Positions 37,552-47,141 of a DNA stretch of 64,000 bases are shown piece by piece. Made by a program: the position numbers and the translations under genes. This DNA is from an uncultured Ignavibacteriaceae bacterium (GTDB lineage Bacteria; Bacteroidota; Ignavibacteria; UBA10030): positions 97,576-161,575 of the forward strand of contig CAYYOV010000002.1 in the NCBI GenBank assembly GCA_964473365.1. The letters run 5' to 3'. Each line of letters starts with the position of its first letter. Positions within the stretch are counted from its first letter, which is position 1. Below the pieces are notes generated by a model. The model was given only the letters and a program-made list of their open reading frames with translations. It was not told where the DNA came from and ran no database searches.

Positions 37552-39886
37552 GCTCCTCATTGCCCTCGGGTTGCTGGCGGCCGCAATGGTCGCCCAGCCG
37601 CGTCCCCAGGTCTACCGCATCCTCGGCATCACCGTCGAAGGTGAGACCTCGGCCGACCCCGCCGCCATCATTGCGAACACGGGACTGAAGGAAGGCGATG
37701 AGATCACCATCCCTGGTGAACAGACGCGCACGGCCATCGAACGTCTCCATCGGCTCCGGCTGTTCGACGATATCCAGATCTTCATCGAGAACCGTGTCCA
37801 GGACGGGATCTATCTCCTCATCCGCGTGAAAGAGAACCCGCGCCTCGAGAAGCCCGTCGTGAAGGGGAACGACGAGCTGAGCGAGGAAGATATTCTCAAG
37901 AAGATCAGCCTGCTGAAAGGGCAGCTCATCACCGCTCAGGACCTCTCGGCCGTGGTCAGGACGCTTCGAGCGGAGTATGAGAAGGAAGGGTATCTGAACG
38001 CAGTCATTACGCCAACCCTTGAGCCAGCATCCGACACGGTCAAGAATCGGGTGAATCTCGTCCTGACGATCGAGGAAGGACAAGCGGTCAAGGTCGACAA
38101 TATCCGCTTTCATGGGAATCAGAAGTTCAGCGACGGCGACCTGCGTGGTGAGATGAAGGAAACGAGCGAGCGAAAATGGTGGGCGTTCTGGGCGTCGAAC
38201 AAGTTCGACAAGAAGAAGTACAAAGAAGACAAAGAACTGATCCTGAAATACTACCGTAAGAACGGCTTCCGTGATGCTGAGATCCTCGCCGATTCGATCT
38301 CGTACGACGCCGAAAAGCGGTACATGTCCATCGACCTCTACGTCTTCGAAGGACCGCAATACTACGTCAGGAACATCACCTGGGAAGGGAACACGGTCTA
38401 TCCGTCGGAATTGCTCTCGGAGCGTCTTGGCTTCCGGACGGGGGACGTCTTCGACCAGCAGCGATTTCAGGAGAACCTCTACCGGAACGAGGCCGAATCG
38501 GACGTGACGTCGCTATACTCCGACAACGGCTACCTCTGGTTCCAGGTGGAACCGCAAGAGACCGTGGTAGGCGCTGACAGCCTCGACATCAAGCTTCGGG
38601 TGCGGGAACGGAATCAGTTCCGGATCGGCCGCGTCCACATCTCCGGCAACACGAAGACCTATGAAAAGGTCATTCGGCGGGAATTGCTTACGAAGCCGGG
38701 TGACTACTTCAGCCGTCAGCTGATCATTCGCTCGGTTCGTCAGCTGTCACAGCTGAACTACTTCAACCCTGAGAAGATCAAGCCCGACGTCCGGCCCGTC
38801 GACGACAAGACGGTCGATCTTGAGTATGCGGTCGAGGAACGATCGAGCGATACGTTCAACATGTCGGTCGGCTATAGCGGCGCGTTCGGGTTCAATGGCG
38901 GTCTCGGACTCGCCTTCAACAACTTTTCCCTCAGCGAGCCGCTCAAAGGCGGCGGTGGCCAGGTGCTCACGTTCGACTGGCAGTTCGGTGTGAGTACGGT
39001 CTACCGGACATTCTCGATCGGGTTCCAGGAACCGTGGATGTTCGATACGCCAACGCTGTTCGGGTTCAACATCTTCGACACGCAGCAGAAGTACTACGCG
39101 GACGTGCGTTACACCGGCGTCTCGGTTCGTGTCGGCCGACGGTTCCGCTGGCCCGATTATCTGTTCCGCGGCGACTGGACGGTCCGGTATCAACGCAATT
39201 TCTATCAGCCGTTCGCGGGTGAGACCGACCAGTTGTTCCTGACGGGCACATCCACGCAGTTCGGCGTGGCGCAGGTCATCTCGCGCAACAGCACAAACAG
39301 CCCGATCTTTCCTTCGGAAGGTTCGTCCTTCTCGCTCTCGACCGAAGTGTCGGGCGGACCGATCTTCCCCGGAACGGCGCGATTTCACAAGCACGTCTTC
39401 AGCGCCGATTGGTATATCCCGCTGTTCGGTTCGTCGCGTGTGACGCTGATGAGCGCCAACACGATCGGCATGATCTTCGGGTTCGAAGAAAATTCGTACA
39501 TCCCGTTCCAGGACCGATTCTTCATGGGAGGGACGGGCCTGGGCCAATTCGCCGTCACGCCGCTTCGAGGCTACGCCGAACGTGGCGTCGGTCCACGCAA
39601 CGGGGGTACGGGGATGATCAAACACACCGTTGAGCTGCGTTTTGCGCTCGCGCTCAATCCGATCCCGATCTACACGCTCTTGTTTGCCGAGGCGGGGAAC
39701 ACCTGGATCGCTCCAAAGTATATGGACCCGAACGAGCTGCGCCGATCGGCCGGCTTTGGCGTTCGACTTCTCGTGAACCCGCTTGGACTCATTGGATTTG
39801 ATTACGGCTACGGCCTCGATGGATCGGTGCCGGGCCAAGGCCGCCCGGGCTGGCAGTTCCACTTCCAGTTCGGCCGCGCCTTCTGA
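37535..39886 (+). CDS. bamA: Outer-membrane protein assembly factor BamA
   Basis: Five POTRA-like repeats (e.g. ILGITVEGETSADPAAIIANTGLKEGDEI; VDNIRFHGNQKFSDGDLRGEM; IGRVHISGNTKTYEKVIRREL). A C-terminal Omp85 barrel ends GWQFHFQFGRAF. The track ORF (37385) overlaps uppS by 167 nt. I prefer GTG 37535, which gives the signal peptide MSRSCKLLIALGLLAAAMVAQ; the start is uncertain. Confidence 0.85.
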   Translation: MSRSCKLLIALGLLAAAMVAQPRPQVYRILGITVEGETSADPAAIIANTGLKEGDEITIPGEQTRTAIERLHRLRLFDDIQIFIENRVQDGIYLLIRVKENPRLEKPVVKGNDELSEEDILKKISLLKGQLITAQDLSAVVRTLRAEYEKEGYLNAVITPTLEPASDTVKNRVNLVLTIEEGQAVKVDNIRFHGNQKFSDGDLRGEMKETSERKWWAFWASNKFDKKKYKEDKELILKYYRKNGFRDAEILADSISYDAEKRYMSIDLYVFEGPQYYVRNITWEGNTVYPSELLSERLGFRTGDVFDQQRFQENLYRNEAESDVTSLYSDNGYLWFQVEPQETVVGADSLDIKLRVRERNQFRIGRVHISGNTKTYEKVIRRELLTKPGDYFSRQLIIRSVRQLSQLNYFNPEKIKPDVRPVDDKTVDLEYAVEERSSDTFNMSVGYSGAFGFNGGLGLAFNNFSLSEPLKGGGGQVLTFDWQFGVSTVYRTFSIGFQEPWMFDTPTLFGFNIFDTQQKYYADVRYTGVSVRVGRRFRWPDYLFRGDWTVRYQRNFYQPFAGETDQLFLTGTSTQFGVAQVISRNSTNSPIFPSEGSSFSLSTEVSGGPIFPGTARFHKHVFSADWYIPLFGSSRVTLMSANTIGMIFGFEENSYIPFQDRFFMGGTGLGQFAVTPLRGYAERGVGPRNGGTGMIKHTVELRFALALNPIPIYTLLFAEAGNTWIAPKYMDPNELRRSAGFGVRLLVNPLGLIGFDYGYGLDGSVPGQGRPGWQFHFQFGRAF

Positions 39887-39926
39887 CGACTCTCACTGTC
39901 ACTTTTCCCCTGGAAGGAACCACCTC

Positions 39927-40475
39927 ATGAAGCAGTTTGCGATCATCACGCTGGCGCTCGTGCTCGGTCTCGTCGGGACGGCTACGGCACAGACAAAAGT
40001 AGCCTACGTCAACTCGGCGACGATCCTCCGCGAGCTTCCCGAAGCCCAGCAGGCGCAGAAGGAACTCGAAGACCAGATGAAGATCTGGCAGGATGAATTG
40101 GAGAAGATGGGGAAGCAGCTCCAGGACGACCTCGAGGACTATCAGAAGAAGCAGGCATTGCTCGACCCCGCTACGAAGGCCGCGCGAGAGAAGGCGCTCC
40201 AGGATTTGCAGCAGCGGGCACGCGAGTACCAAGCCTCAAAGTTCGATTCGCGCGAAGGCGAGGCCGTCAAGCTGCGCGAGAAGAAGCTTCAGCCGATCCA
40301 GGAGAAGGTCCTGAAGGCGATCGAAGGCGTTGCCCGCGAAGAAGGGGCCGCGTTCGTGCTCGACAAGATCAGCGAGGCGACGATCGTGCTCTACGCTGAC
40401 GCGAAGTTCGACCTGACATACAAGGTCATCGACCGCTTGAAGCGTGGCGGCACGGCTCCGAAGGGGAAGAACTAA
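39927..40475 (+). CDS. skp: Periplasmic chaperone Skp/OmpH, copy 1
   Basis: 182 aa from ATG 39927 (GGAAGGA upstream). Signal peptide MKQFAIITLALVLGLVGTATAQ. OmpH pattern KVAYVNSATILRELPEAQQAQKELE with a long Gln/Lys/Glu-rich coiled coil. The track ORF start 39783 overlaps bamA. Confidence 0.8.
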   Translation: MKQFAIITLALVLGLVGTATAQTKVAYVNSATILRELPEAQQAQKELEDQMKIWQDELEKMGKQLQDDLEDYQKKQALLDPATKAAREKALQDLQQRAREYQASKFDSREGEAVKLREKKLQPIQEKVLKAIEGVAREEGAAFVLDKISEATIVLYADAKFDLTYKVIDRLKRGGTAPKGKN

Positions 40476-40532
40476 CGCATTCGTCGTGAACGGCCGGCCG
40501 CGCGCGGTCGGGTCGCCAGAAGGAGACGGATC

Positions 40533-41084
40533 ATGAGGTACCGATGGATGGTCATCGCGTTGCTGCTGGTCTCCGGCCTTGCCGTCGGCCAGCAGAAGAT
40601 CGGCCATTTCAACTCCAAGGCCGTGCTGAAAGACCTCCCCGAGGCCATCGACGCCCAGAAGGCGCTCGACCAGCTCGTGTCGGACTGGCAGCAACAGCTT
40701 GCTGCGATGCAGGAGGAGTGGAAACGAAAGTTCGAAGATTACGACCGCAAGAAACTGATCATGACCGATCAGCGACGGGCCGAGACGGAGAAAGAGCTCC
40801 GGGAACTCGATCAGAAGATCATGGGATTTCGGAATCTCAAGTTCGGACAGAACGGGGAGCTCTTCCAGAAACAGAATGACCTGATGAAGCCTGTTCAGGA
40901 CCGGATCTTCAAGGCCGTGCAGGAAGTGGCGCGCGAAGAAGGGCTGGACTATGTCTTCGACAAGAGCGGTGAGATCCTCCTGATGTACTCGAATGAGAAG
41001 TATGACGTCACGCAGAAAGTGCTCGACCGTCTGAAGGAAGGAACGACGGTCGATCCAAACGCAGCACCGGCCCGGAGGAATTGA
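40533..41084 (+). CDS. skp: Periplasmic chaperone Skp/OmpH, copy 2
   Basis: 183 aa. Signal peptide followed by KIGHFNSKAVLKDLPEAIDAQKALDQL and a coiled coil. It is a paralogue of the preceding gene. Confidence 0.8.
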   Translation: MRYRWMVIALLLVSGLAVGQQKIGHFNSKAVLKDLPEAIDAQKALDQLVSDWQQQLAAMQEEWKRKFEDYDRKKLIMTDQRRAETEKELRELDQKIMGFRNLKFGQNGELFQKQNDLMKPVQDRIFKAVQEVAREEGLDYVFDKSGEILLMYSNEKYDVTQKVLDRLKEGTTVDPNAAPARRN

Positions 41085-41088
41085 AGCC

Positions 41089-42138
41089 GTGACGGTGCGC
41101 GAGATCGCCGACTGGCTTGGTGGAACGGTCGTCGGACCAGATAACGTGGACATTCTGCGGCCGGCGAAGATCGAAGAGGCCGGCCCGGGATCGATCACAT
41201 TCCTTGCCAATCCACGCTACGCGCGGTTCCTCGCCAGCACGAACGCATCTGCCGTGCTCGTCGGCCCGGCCGTTGACGTGGCTGCCGCCGGCCGGCCTTC
41301 GGTCAGTTTCGTCGTTGTGGCTGACCCCTACGTCGCCTTTGTGCGGCTCCTCGAACGGCTTCTTCCGCCGGCCGATCCCTTCGTACGCGGCATTCATCCG
41401 ACGGCTGTCATCGCTCCCACTGCGGTCCTCGGCGGGGATGTCTCCGTTGGCCCGCTCTCGTCGGTGGCGGACGGGGTGACGATCGGTGACGGGACGGTCC
41501 TCGGGGCCGGTGTGACTGTGGGACGCGGCGCGACGCTGGGTTCGCGATGCACGATCTATGACCGAGTGGCGATCTATCATGGATGTCGCCTGGGAGACCG
41601 CGTGGTGGTGCACAGCGGAGCCGTGATCGGCAGCGACGGCTTTGGGTTCGCGCCACGCGCTGACGGATCCTACGACAAGATCCCCCAGCTGGGCATCGTC
41701 CGTATCGAGGATGACTGCGAGGTGGGCGCCAATTCGACCATCGACCGTGCGACGCTCGGCGAGACACTCATCCGCCGCGGCACGAAGCTCGACAATCTCG
41801 TACAAGTAGCGCACAACGTCGTCATCGGCGAACACACGGTGATCGCGTCGCAAACGGGCATCAGCGGCAGTTCGAAGATCGGTTCGTACTGCCGCATCGC
41901 CGGCCAGGTCGGGATCAGCGGACATGTGGAGATCGCCGACCGCACGACCCTCCTTGGCCAGACGGGCGTCAGCAAGTCCATTGTTGAACCGGGGAAGACC
42001 TGGTTCGGAACGCCGCAACGAGAGCATGTGCGCTCCGGGCGGATCGAGGCGGTGCTGCGGCATTTGCCCGAACTCCGCCTCGAGCTTGACGACGTGCGGA
42101 AGAAACTGGAAGAAGTCCTTCGTTCGATTCCGAAGTAA
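41089..42138 (+). CDS. lpxD: UDP-3-O-acylglucosamine N-acyltransferase
   Basis: 349 aa. The LpxD N-terminal domain (ITFLANPRYARFL) is followed by long hexapeptide (left-handed beta-helix) repeats. Position in the skp-lpxD-lpxC/fabZ-lpxA synteny supports the call. Confidence 0.9.
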   Translation: MTVREIADWLGGTVVGPDNVDILRPAKIEEAGPGSITFLANPRYARFLASTNASAVLVGPAVDVAAAGRPSVSFVVVADPYVAFVRLLERLLPPADPFVRGIHPTAVIAPTAVLGGDVSVGPLSSVADGVTIGDGTVLGAGVTVGRGATLGSRCTIYDRVAIYHGCRLGDRVVVHSGAVIGSDGFGFAPRADGSYDKIPQLGIVRIEDDCEVGANSTIDRATLGETLIRRGTKLDNLVQVAHNVVIGEHTVIASQTGISGSSKIGSYCRIAGQVGISGHVEIADRTTLLGQTGVSKSIVEPGKTWFGTPQREHVRSGRIEAVLRHLPELRLELDDVRKKLEEVLRSIPK

Positions 42139-42150
42139 GAGGCCCCCTCC

Positions 42151-43563
42151 ATGTTGGTTCAACAGGTCACAATCAAGAAGCCGGTCGCGATGGCCGGAGT
42201 CGGACTCCACACCGGGGTCCACACGCACATGACGTTCAAACCGGCACCGGCGAACTACGGTGTGCGGTTCAAACGCGTCGATCTCGATGGCGCACCGGAG
42301 ATCCCGGCTGACGTCGATCACGTTGTGGAAGTGGCCCGCGGGACCACGCTGGCAGTAGGCAACGCGCGCGTCCACACGACGGAACATGTTCTCGCGGCCA
42401 TCTCGGGTCTTCAGGTCGACAACATCGTCATCGAGCTCGACAACATCGAGCCGCCGATCGGCGATGGGAGCGCCAAGCCGTTCGTCGACATGCTTCTCGA
42501 AGCGGGACTGGAAGAGCAGGACGAACCCAAGGACTACCTGATCATCGATCAGGTCATCCACTATCAGGACAGCGAAAAGGGGGTGGACATCGTCGCCCTC
42601 CCGACCAACGACTTTCGCCTGTCGGTGATGGTGGACTACAACAATCCCGCCCTCGGCAGCCAGCACACCGGCCTGTTCGACCTCGAAAAAGAATTCATAC
42701 CCGAATACGCGTCCGCCAGGACCTTCTGCTTCCTGCACGAAGTAGAGGTGCTGCGCGACCACGGCCTGATCAAGGGCGGGAATCTCGATAACGCCATCGT
42801 CATCGTCGACCGCGACCTGTCGAACGACGAATTGAAACGGCTGACCACGAAACTCGGGATCAGCCAGTCGATCATCCTGGGCAGCACGGGTACGCTTAAC
42901 GATAAGCAGCTGCACTACAGGAACGAGCCCGCTCGGCACAAGCTCGTCGACCTCATCGGCGACCTGGCCCTGATCGGGGCCCCGCTGAAGGCACAGATCC
43001 TGGCCGCACGCCCGGGCCATGCGAGCAACGTCGAATTCGCGCGAAAGGTACGTAAGCTCTACCAGCAGAAGAAGCTCGTCAAGAAATACCAGCATGAGAA
43101 GAAGCAGGGCGTTGTGTTCGATATCAACGCCATCATGCGGATCCTGCCGCATCGGTATCCGTTCCTGCTCGTCGACAAGATCGTCGACTTTGAGATCGAC
43201 AAGCGCGTCGTCGGCGTCAAGAGCGTGACAATCAACGAGCTCTTCTTCCAGGGGCATTTCCCCGGCCAGCCTGTCATGCCGGGCGTCCTGATCGTAGAGG
43301 CGATGGCCCAGGCCGGCGGTATCTTGCTCCTGAACGGGATCGAGAATCCGGGCACGAAGCTCGTCTATTTCACCTCGATCAACAATGTGAAATTCCGAAA
43401 GCCGGTCGTCCCGGGCGACCAGCTGTTCCTTGACGTCGAAATGGTACAGCGCCGGTCCAAGATCATCCAGATCCGGGGGCGCGCGTTTGTCGACGGCGGC
43501 CTCGTGGCCGAGGGCGACTTCACGGCCGCCCTTGTTGACCGCCAGGATGTGCAAGGTTCGTGA
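42151..43563 (+). CDS. lpxC/fabZ: Bifunctional UDP-3-O-acyl-GlcNAc deacetylase / 3-hydroxyacyl-ACP dehydratase (LpxC-FabZ fusion)
   Basis: 470 aa. The N-terminal ~300 aa are LpxC (GVGLHTG, TTEHVLAAISGLQVDN, HKLVDLIGDLALIG, GHASNVEFA). The C-terminal ~150 aa are FabZ (ILPHRYPFLLVDKI, FFQGHFPGQPVMPGVLIVEAMAQ). Confidence 0.93.
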   Translation: MLVQQVTIKKPVAMAGVGLHTGVHTHMTFKPAPANYGVRFKRVDLDGAPEIPADVDHVVEVARGTTLAVGNARVHTTEHVLAAISGLQVDNIVIELDNIEPPIGDGSAKPFVDMLLEAGLEEQDEPKDYLIIDQVIHYQDSEKGVDIVALPTNDFRLSVMVDYNNPALGSQHTGLFDLEKEFIPEYASARTFCFLHEVEVLRDHGLIKGGNLDNAIVIVDRDLSNDELKRLTTKLGISQSIILGSTGTLNDKQLHYRNEPARHKLVDLIGDLALIGAPLKAQILAARPGHASNVEFARKVRKLYQQKKLVKKYQHEKKQGVVFDINAIMRILPHRYPFLLVDKIVDFEIDKRVVGVKSVTINELFFQGHFPGQPVMPGVLIVEAMAQAGGILLLNGIENPGTKLVYFTSINNVKFRKPVVPGDQLFLDVEMVQRRSKIIQIRGRAFVDGGLVAEGDFTAALVDRQDVQGS

Positions 43564-43736
43564 ACTCCACGGCCCGCTGATTCGAGTTCGATCCATAAAG
43601 AGCACTGAGAGCCGGTAGTCGACGTTCGATCCACCCCACCGGTCGGGACGTCAAGCGTCAATCCTTGGTCCATCGTTTCGCGATGCAGTTCAATCTGATC
43701 CCCTGAGCCCACCTTCTCTATCCGAGATCTCCAGTC

Positions 43737-44531
43737 ATGTCAACGCAGATCGATCCCCGCGCCTCCGTATCACCCAAAGCTCAGCTCGGCTCCAATGTCA
43801 CTGTCGGTCCATTCGCCGTCATCGAAGACGATGTCATCATCGGCGACGGCACATCGGTCGGTCCGTCGTCATATGTCGCCAACGGTGCCCGGATCGGCCG
43901 AGACTGTCGCATTCACCCGTTCGCGTCTGTGGGTGGACCACCACAGGACCTGAAGTACAAGGGGGAACCGACCTTGTTCGAAATGGGGGACCGGTGCACG
44001 GTGCGTGAATATGTGACCCTCAATCGGGGCACGACCGAGAGTGGCAAAACCACAGTCGGCAGCGACTGTCTCTTCATGGCGAATGCGCACGTCGGACACG
44101 ATTGTCGCGTCGGCAATCGGGTTATCATGGCGAACAGCGTCGCCCTGGGCGGCCATGTTCATCTGGGCGATTGGGTCATCATTGGTGGCGGCACGCCGGT
44201 CCACCAGTTCTGCAAGATCGGCGACCATGCGATGATCGGTGGCGGCTTCCGCGTGGTCAAGGACGTTCCGCCCTTCATTCTGGCCGGTCAAGAGCCTCTT
44301 GTCTTCGAGGGTCTGAACTCCGTCGGGCTGAAGCGGCGCGGCTTCCAGCCGGCCACACTCGAGGTGCTCGAGACTGTGTACACCATCCTGTATCGTTCGA
44401 ACCTGAACGTCTCCCAGGCGGTGGCGCAGATCAAGGGCTCGGTCGATCTGACGCCCGAGGTCCACACCGTCCTTTCGTTCATCGCTTCGAGCAAACGCGG
44501 CATCATCTCCGGCAGGTCGAAACGCGCATGA
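43737..44531 (+). CDS. lpxA: Acyl-ACP--UDP-GlcNAc O-acyltransferase
   Basis: 264 aa. Hexapeptide repeats from the N-terminus (IDPRASVSPKAQLGSNVTVGPFAVIEDDVIIGDGT), then an LpxA C-terminal helical domain (GLNSVGLKRRGF...). Confidence 0.9.
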   Translation: MSTQIDPRASVSPKAQLGSNVTVGPFAVIEDDVIIGDGTSVGPSSYVANGARIGRDCRIHPFASVGGPPQDLKYKGEPTLFEMGDRCTVREYVTLNRGTTESGKTTVGSDCLFMANAHVGHDCRVGNRVIMANSVALGGHVHLGDWVIIGGGTPVHQFCKIGDHAMIGGGFRVVKDVPPFILAGQEPLVFEGLNSVGLKRRGFQPATLEVLETVYTILYRSNLNVSQAVAQIKGSVDLTPEVHTVLSFIASSKRGIISGRSKRA

Positions 44532-45298
44532 CCTGGCGGCTCGAAGCAAGCGGTCCTCGTTCCGGCGCATGGAACATGCAGCGCGACGAGTGGCTGGCGA
44601 CGGAACTCGCCGCGGGGCGCGGCGGTCCGGTGCTTCGGCTTTACCAGTGGGTTCCGCAGGCCGTCTCCCTCGGCTGGCATCAGCCGCCGAAGGATGTCGA
44701 CGAACGTCGGGCTGCAGAGCGGGGCATCGACGTCGTCAGGCGGCCGACCGGCGGACGAGCGATCCTGCACGCCGACGAACTGACCTACTGTGTCGTTTGT
44801 CCGGCCGAAGGTCGTTCGCTCCCGGCGATGTATGGAGCGGTCAACGCGTCATTGCTGCGTGCGCTGTCGCACCTTGGGATCCGCGCATCGCTCGAGGATA
44901 GCATGCCGAACCTGCGAGAACATTACCGGACCGCGGGGTCGGCGGTCTGCTTCAGCAGCACTGCGCGGAATGAAGTGAAAGTGGGGGGACGAAAGCTCAT
45001 CGGAAGCGCCCAGCGACGGTACGCGGGGATCGCCGGCGATGACGTGGTGCTGCAGCACGGTTCGATCCTGCTGGGCCCGGGGCATGAAGCGATCGTGGAC
45101 CTTCTTGCCGGGCTGACGGACAACGAGCGACAGCAGATGCGAGAGCAATTGCTCGCTCAAACGACGACATTGGCAGAGGTTGTATCGGGACCCATCCCAT
45201 CCGCCGAAGTCGCGTCGGCGGTCCGACGCGGGTTCGAGGAGATGTGGAACATTTCGTTCCAGGTGGAAGCGACTGAGACGGCGGAGATGATCGCATGA
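44528..45298 (+). CDS. Lipoate-protein ligase / octanoyltransferase family protein (BPL_LplA_LipB domain, LipM/LplA-like)
   Basis: 256 aa from ATG 44528, which overlaps the lpxA stop (ATGA). Strings LRLYQWVPQAVSLGWHQ, VVRRPTGGRAILHADELTYCVV and KVGGRKLIGSAQRR are present. The 5' part of track ORF 44102..45298 lies inside lpxA and is rejected. Confidence 0.7.
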   Translation: MTWRLEASGPRSGAWNMQRDEWLATELAAGRGGPVLRLYQWVPQAVSLGWHQPPKDVDERRAAERGIDVVRRPTGGRAILHADELTYCVVCPAEGRSLPAMYGAVNASLLRALSHLGIRASLEDSMPNLREHYRTAGSAVCFSSTARNEVKVGGRKLIGSAQRRYAGIAGDDVVLQHGSILLGPGHEAIVDLLAGLTDNERQQMREQLLAQTTTLAEVVSGPIPSAEVASAVRRGFEEMWNISFQVEATETAEMIA

Positions 45299-46119
45299 AG
45301 ATCAAGACGACAACGAGCGGCCCCAAGCGCGTCACGACGCGCACGATCGCCGAGATGCGCGCGCGGCGTGAACCGATCGCCTGCTTGACGGCGTACGACT
45401 ATTTGACCGCCCGGTTGCTCGATCAGGCGGGCGTCGACCTGTTGTTGGTCGGTGATTCGCTCGGCATGGTCTTCCAGGGGCACGAGACCACGATCCCCGT
45501 GACGCTCGACCAAATGATCTATCATGCGACCACGGTCGTGCGTGGCGTGGACCGTGCCATGGTGATCGTCGACATGCCCTTCATGTCGTACCAGGCGAAC
45601 CTTGAAGAAGGTTTCCGGAACGCAGGCCGGGTGATGAAAGAGACGGGAGCGGGTGGCGTGAAGTTCGAAGGGGGAGATCGGACGGTGGAATTGATCCGCC
45701 GCACCGTTGAAGCAGGCATTCCGGTCATGGGCCATCTTGGCCTGACGCCCCAATCCATCCATCAGTTCGGCGGGTACCAGCCCCGCGGAGCGACGCCCGA
45801 GGAGGCGAAGCGATTGCTGGTCGATGCTCGCTCGATCGCCGACGCCGGGGCCTTCGCGCTCGTGCTGGAGAAGATCCCTGCGGCGCTGGCGAAGAAAGTG
45901 ACGGCGGCGATCGGGATCCCGACGATCGGGATCGGAGCCGGCATCCACTGCAGCGGACAGATCCTGGTCACGCCGGATGTGCTCGGGCTCTACGAAGACT
46001 TCCAACCGAGGTTTGTCCGGAAGTACGCAAAGCTGGCCGATGAGATCCGCTCGTCGGTCGGAACGTACGTCAAGGACGTCAAGCAGCAAGGCTTTCCGGG
46101 GACCGCGGAGAGCTATTGA
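45295..46119 (+). CDS. panB: 3-methyl-2-oxobutanoate hydroxymethyltransferase
   Basis: 274 aa. Strings ACLTAYDYLTARLLDQAGVDLLLVGDSLGMVFQGHETTIPVTLDQMIYH, VKFEGG and PVMGHLGLTPQS are present. The ATG overlaps the previous stop (ATGA). Confidence 0.92.
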   Translation: MKIKTTTSGPKRVTTRTIAEMRARREPIACLTAYDYLTARLLDQAGVDLLLVGDSLGMVFQGHETTIPVTLDQMIYHATTVVRGVDRAMVIVDMPFMSYQANLEEGFRNAGRVMKETGAGGVKFEGGDRTVELIRRTVEAGIPVMGHLGLTPQSIHQFGGYQPRGATPEEAKRLLVDARSIADAGAFALVLEKIPAALAKKVTAAIGIPTIGIGAGIHCSGQILVTPDVLGLYEDFQPRFVRKYAKLADEIRSSVGTYVKDVKQQGFPGTAESY

Positions 46120-46230
46120 GCGGGGAATGATCGCGGACGGTCTGCCGCGGTTGCCTCGCGATCCTTACCAGATCGTCTCACCCGACTCTTCCCTCATTAC
46201 GTGCGAACCAGTTCCACCCACCTGAACACG

Positions 46231-47067
46231 ATGTCCAAACGACTCCAGATCCTGGTCTGCAATGACGACGGCATCGACGCCCCCGGTATTGCGGCTCTTG
46301 TCAAGGAGATGAAACGCCTCGGAGAGGTGACCGTCGTCGCTCCGCATCAGCAGCAGAGCGCGGTCGGGCACGCCATCACCATGAACTCGCCGCTGCGCGT
46401 CCGCAAATTCTACAAGCATGGCCGGTTCTTCGGGTACGCCGTGGCCGGCACGCCGGCCGATTGCGTCAAACTGGCGGTGCGCGCCGTTCTCAAGCGTCGG
46501 CCGGACCTTGTCGTCTCCGGGGTCAATCACGGGTCGAATACCGCGATCAGCGTGATCTACTCAGGAACGGTCTCTGCGGCAACGGAGGGGACGATCCTGG
46601 GCATCCCGTCGATCGCCGTATCATTGACGACCTATGCGCCCGCAGACTTCACGGTTGCGGCCCAATTCGCCAGGCAGATGGCTGCGGTGGTGATGCGGCG
46701 GGGCCTGCCCGAAGGGACGCTCCTCAATATTAACGTGCCGCCGCTGGCTGCAGGACGGATCAAAGGGGCGCGGATCACGAGGCAGGGGAAAGCGATCTGG
46801 AACGACACCTTTGACGCGCGCCGCGACCCTGCGAACAAAGAATACTACTGGCTGACGGGCGGACTGCAGAACGTCGACCGGGACCTGATGTTCGATGAAG
46901 CAGCCGTTCGTGCCGGCTACATTTCAGTGACGCCGATCCAGTACGATCTCACCGACGACAACATGATCGAAGTGATGAAGCGCTGGCCGGGATTCGAGAA
47001 AGGTGTACGGTCACGTCGAAGAGCGGCTGCGCCATCGCGCCGGACGAAGAGATATCCGCGATCCTGA
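46231..47067 (+). CDS. surE: 5'/3'-nucleotidase SurE
   Basis: The N-terminus is MSKRLQILVCNDDGIDAPGIAALV, followed by GVNHGSNTAISVIYSGTVSAATEG. A short Arg-rich C-terminal tail is present. The track ORF starts at GTG 46201. Confidence 0.88.
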   Translation: MSKRLQILVCNDDGIDAPGIAALVKEMKRLGEVTVVAPHQQQSAVGHAITMNSPLRVRKFYKHGRFFGYAVAGTPADCVKLAVRAVLKRRPDLVVSGVNHGSNTAISVIYSGTVSAATEGTILGIPSIAVSLTTYAPADFTVAAQFARQMAAVVMRRGLPEGTLLNINVPPLAAGRIKGARITRQGKAIWNDTFDARRDPANKEYYWLTGGLQNVDRDLMFDEAAVRAGYISVTPIQYDLTDDNMIEVMKRWPGFEKGVRSRRRAAAPSRRTKRYPRS

Positions 47068-47094
47068 CGAAGAGAGCTGCAGACGAAACGAAGA

Positions 47095-47126
47095 GGGCAG
47101 ACCATCACTGGTCTGCCCTTTGTGTT
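47095..47126 (+). terminator. Intrinsic (potentially bidirectional) terminator between surE and the convergent C39-like gene
   Basis: Perfect 9-bp stem GGGCAGACC (47095..47103) / GGTCTGCCC (47110..47118) with a 6-nt loop, then TTTGTGTT. An A-rich tract lies upstream. Confidence 0.8.
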
Positions 47127-47141
47127 ATCGGAGGGGAGGAT

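Noticed and set aside
41008-43605. 865-aa minus-strand ORF antisense to lpxD and lpxC/fabZ
   Set aside because: No recognisable domain and an Arg/Asp/Leu-rich composition. It overlaps two plus-strand genes of unambiguous identity and conserved synteny.
44102-44527. 5' extension of the lipoyl-ligase-family ORF (track ORF 44102..45298)
   Set aside because: The extension lies entirely inside lpxA in another frame and translates to Arg/Gly/Pro-rich sequence. ATG 44528 overlaps the lpxA stop (ATGA) and gives a normal-length BPL_LplA_LipB protein.
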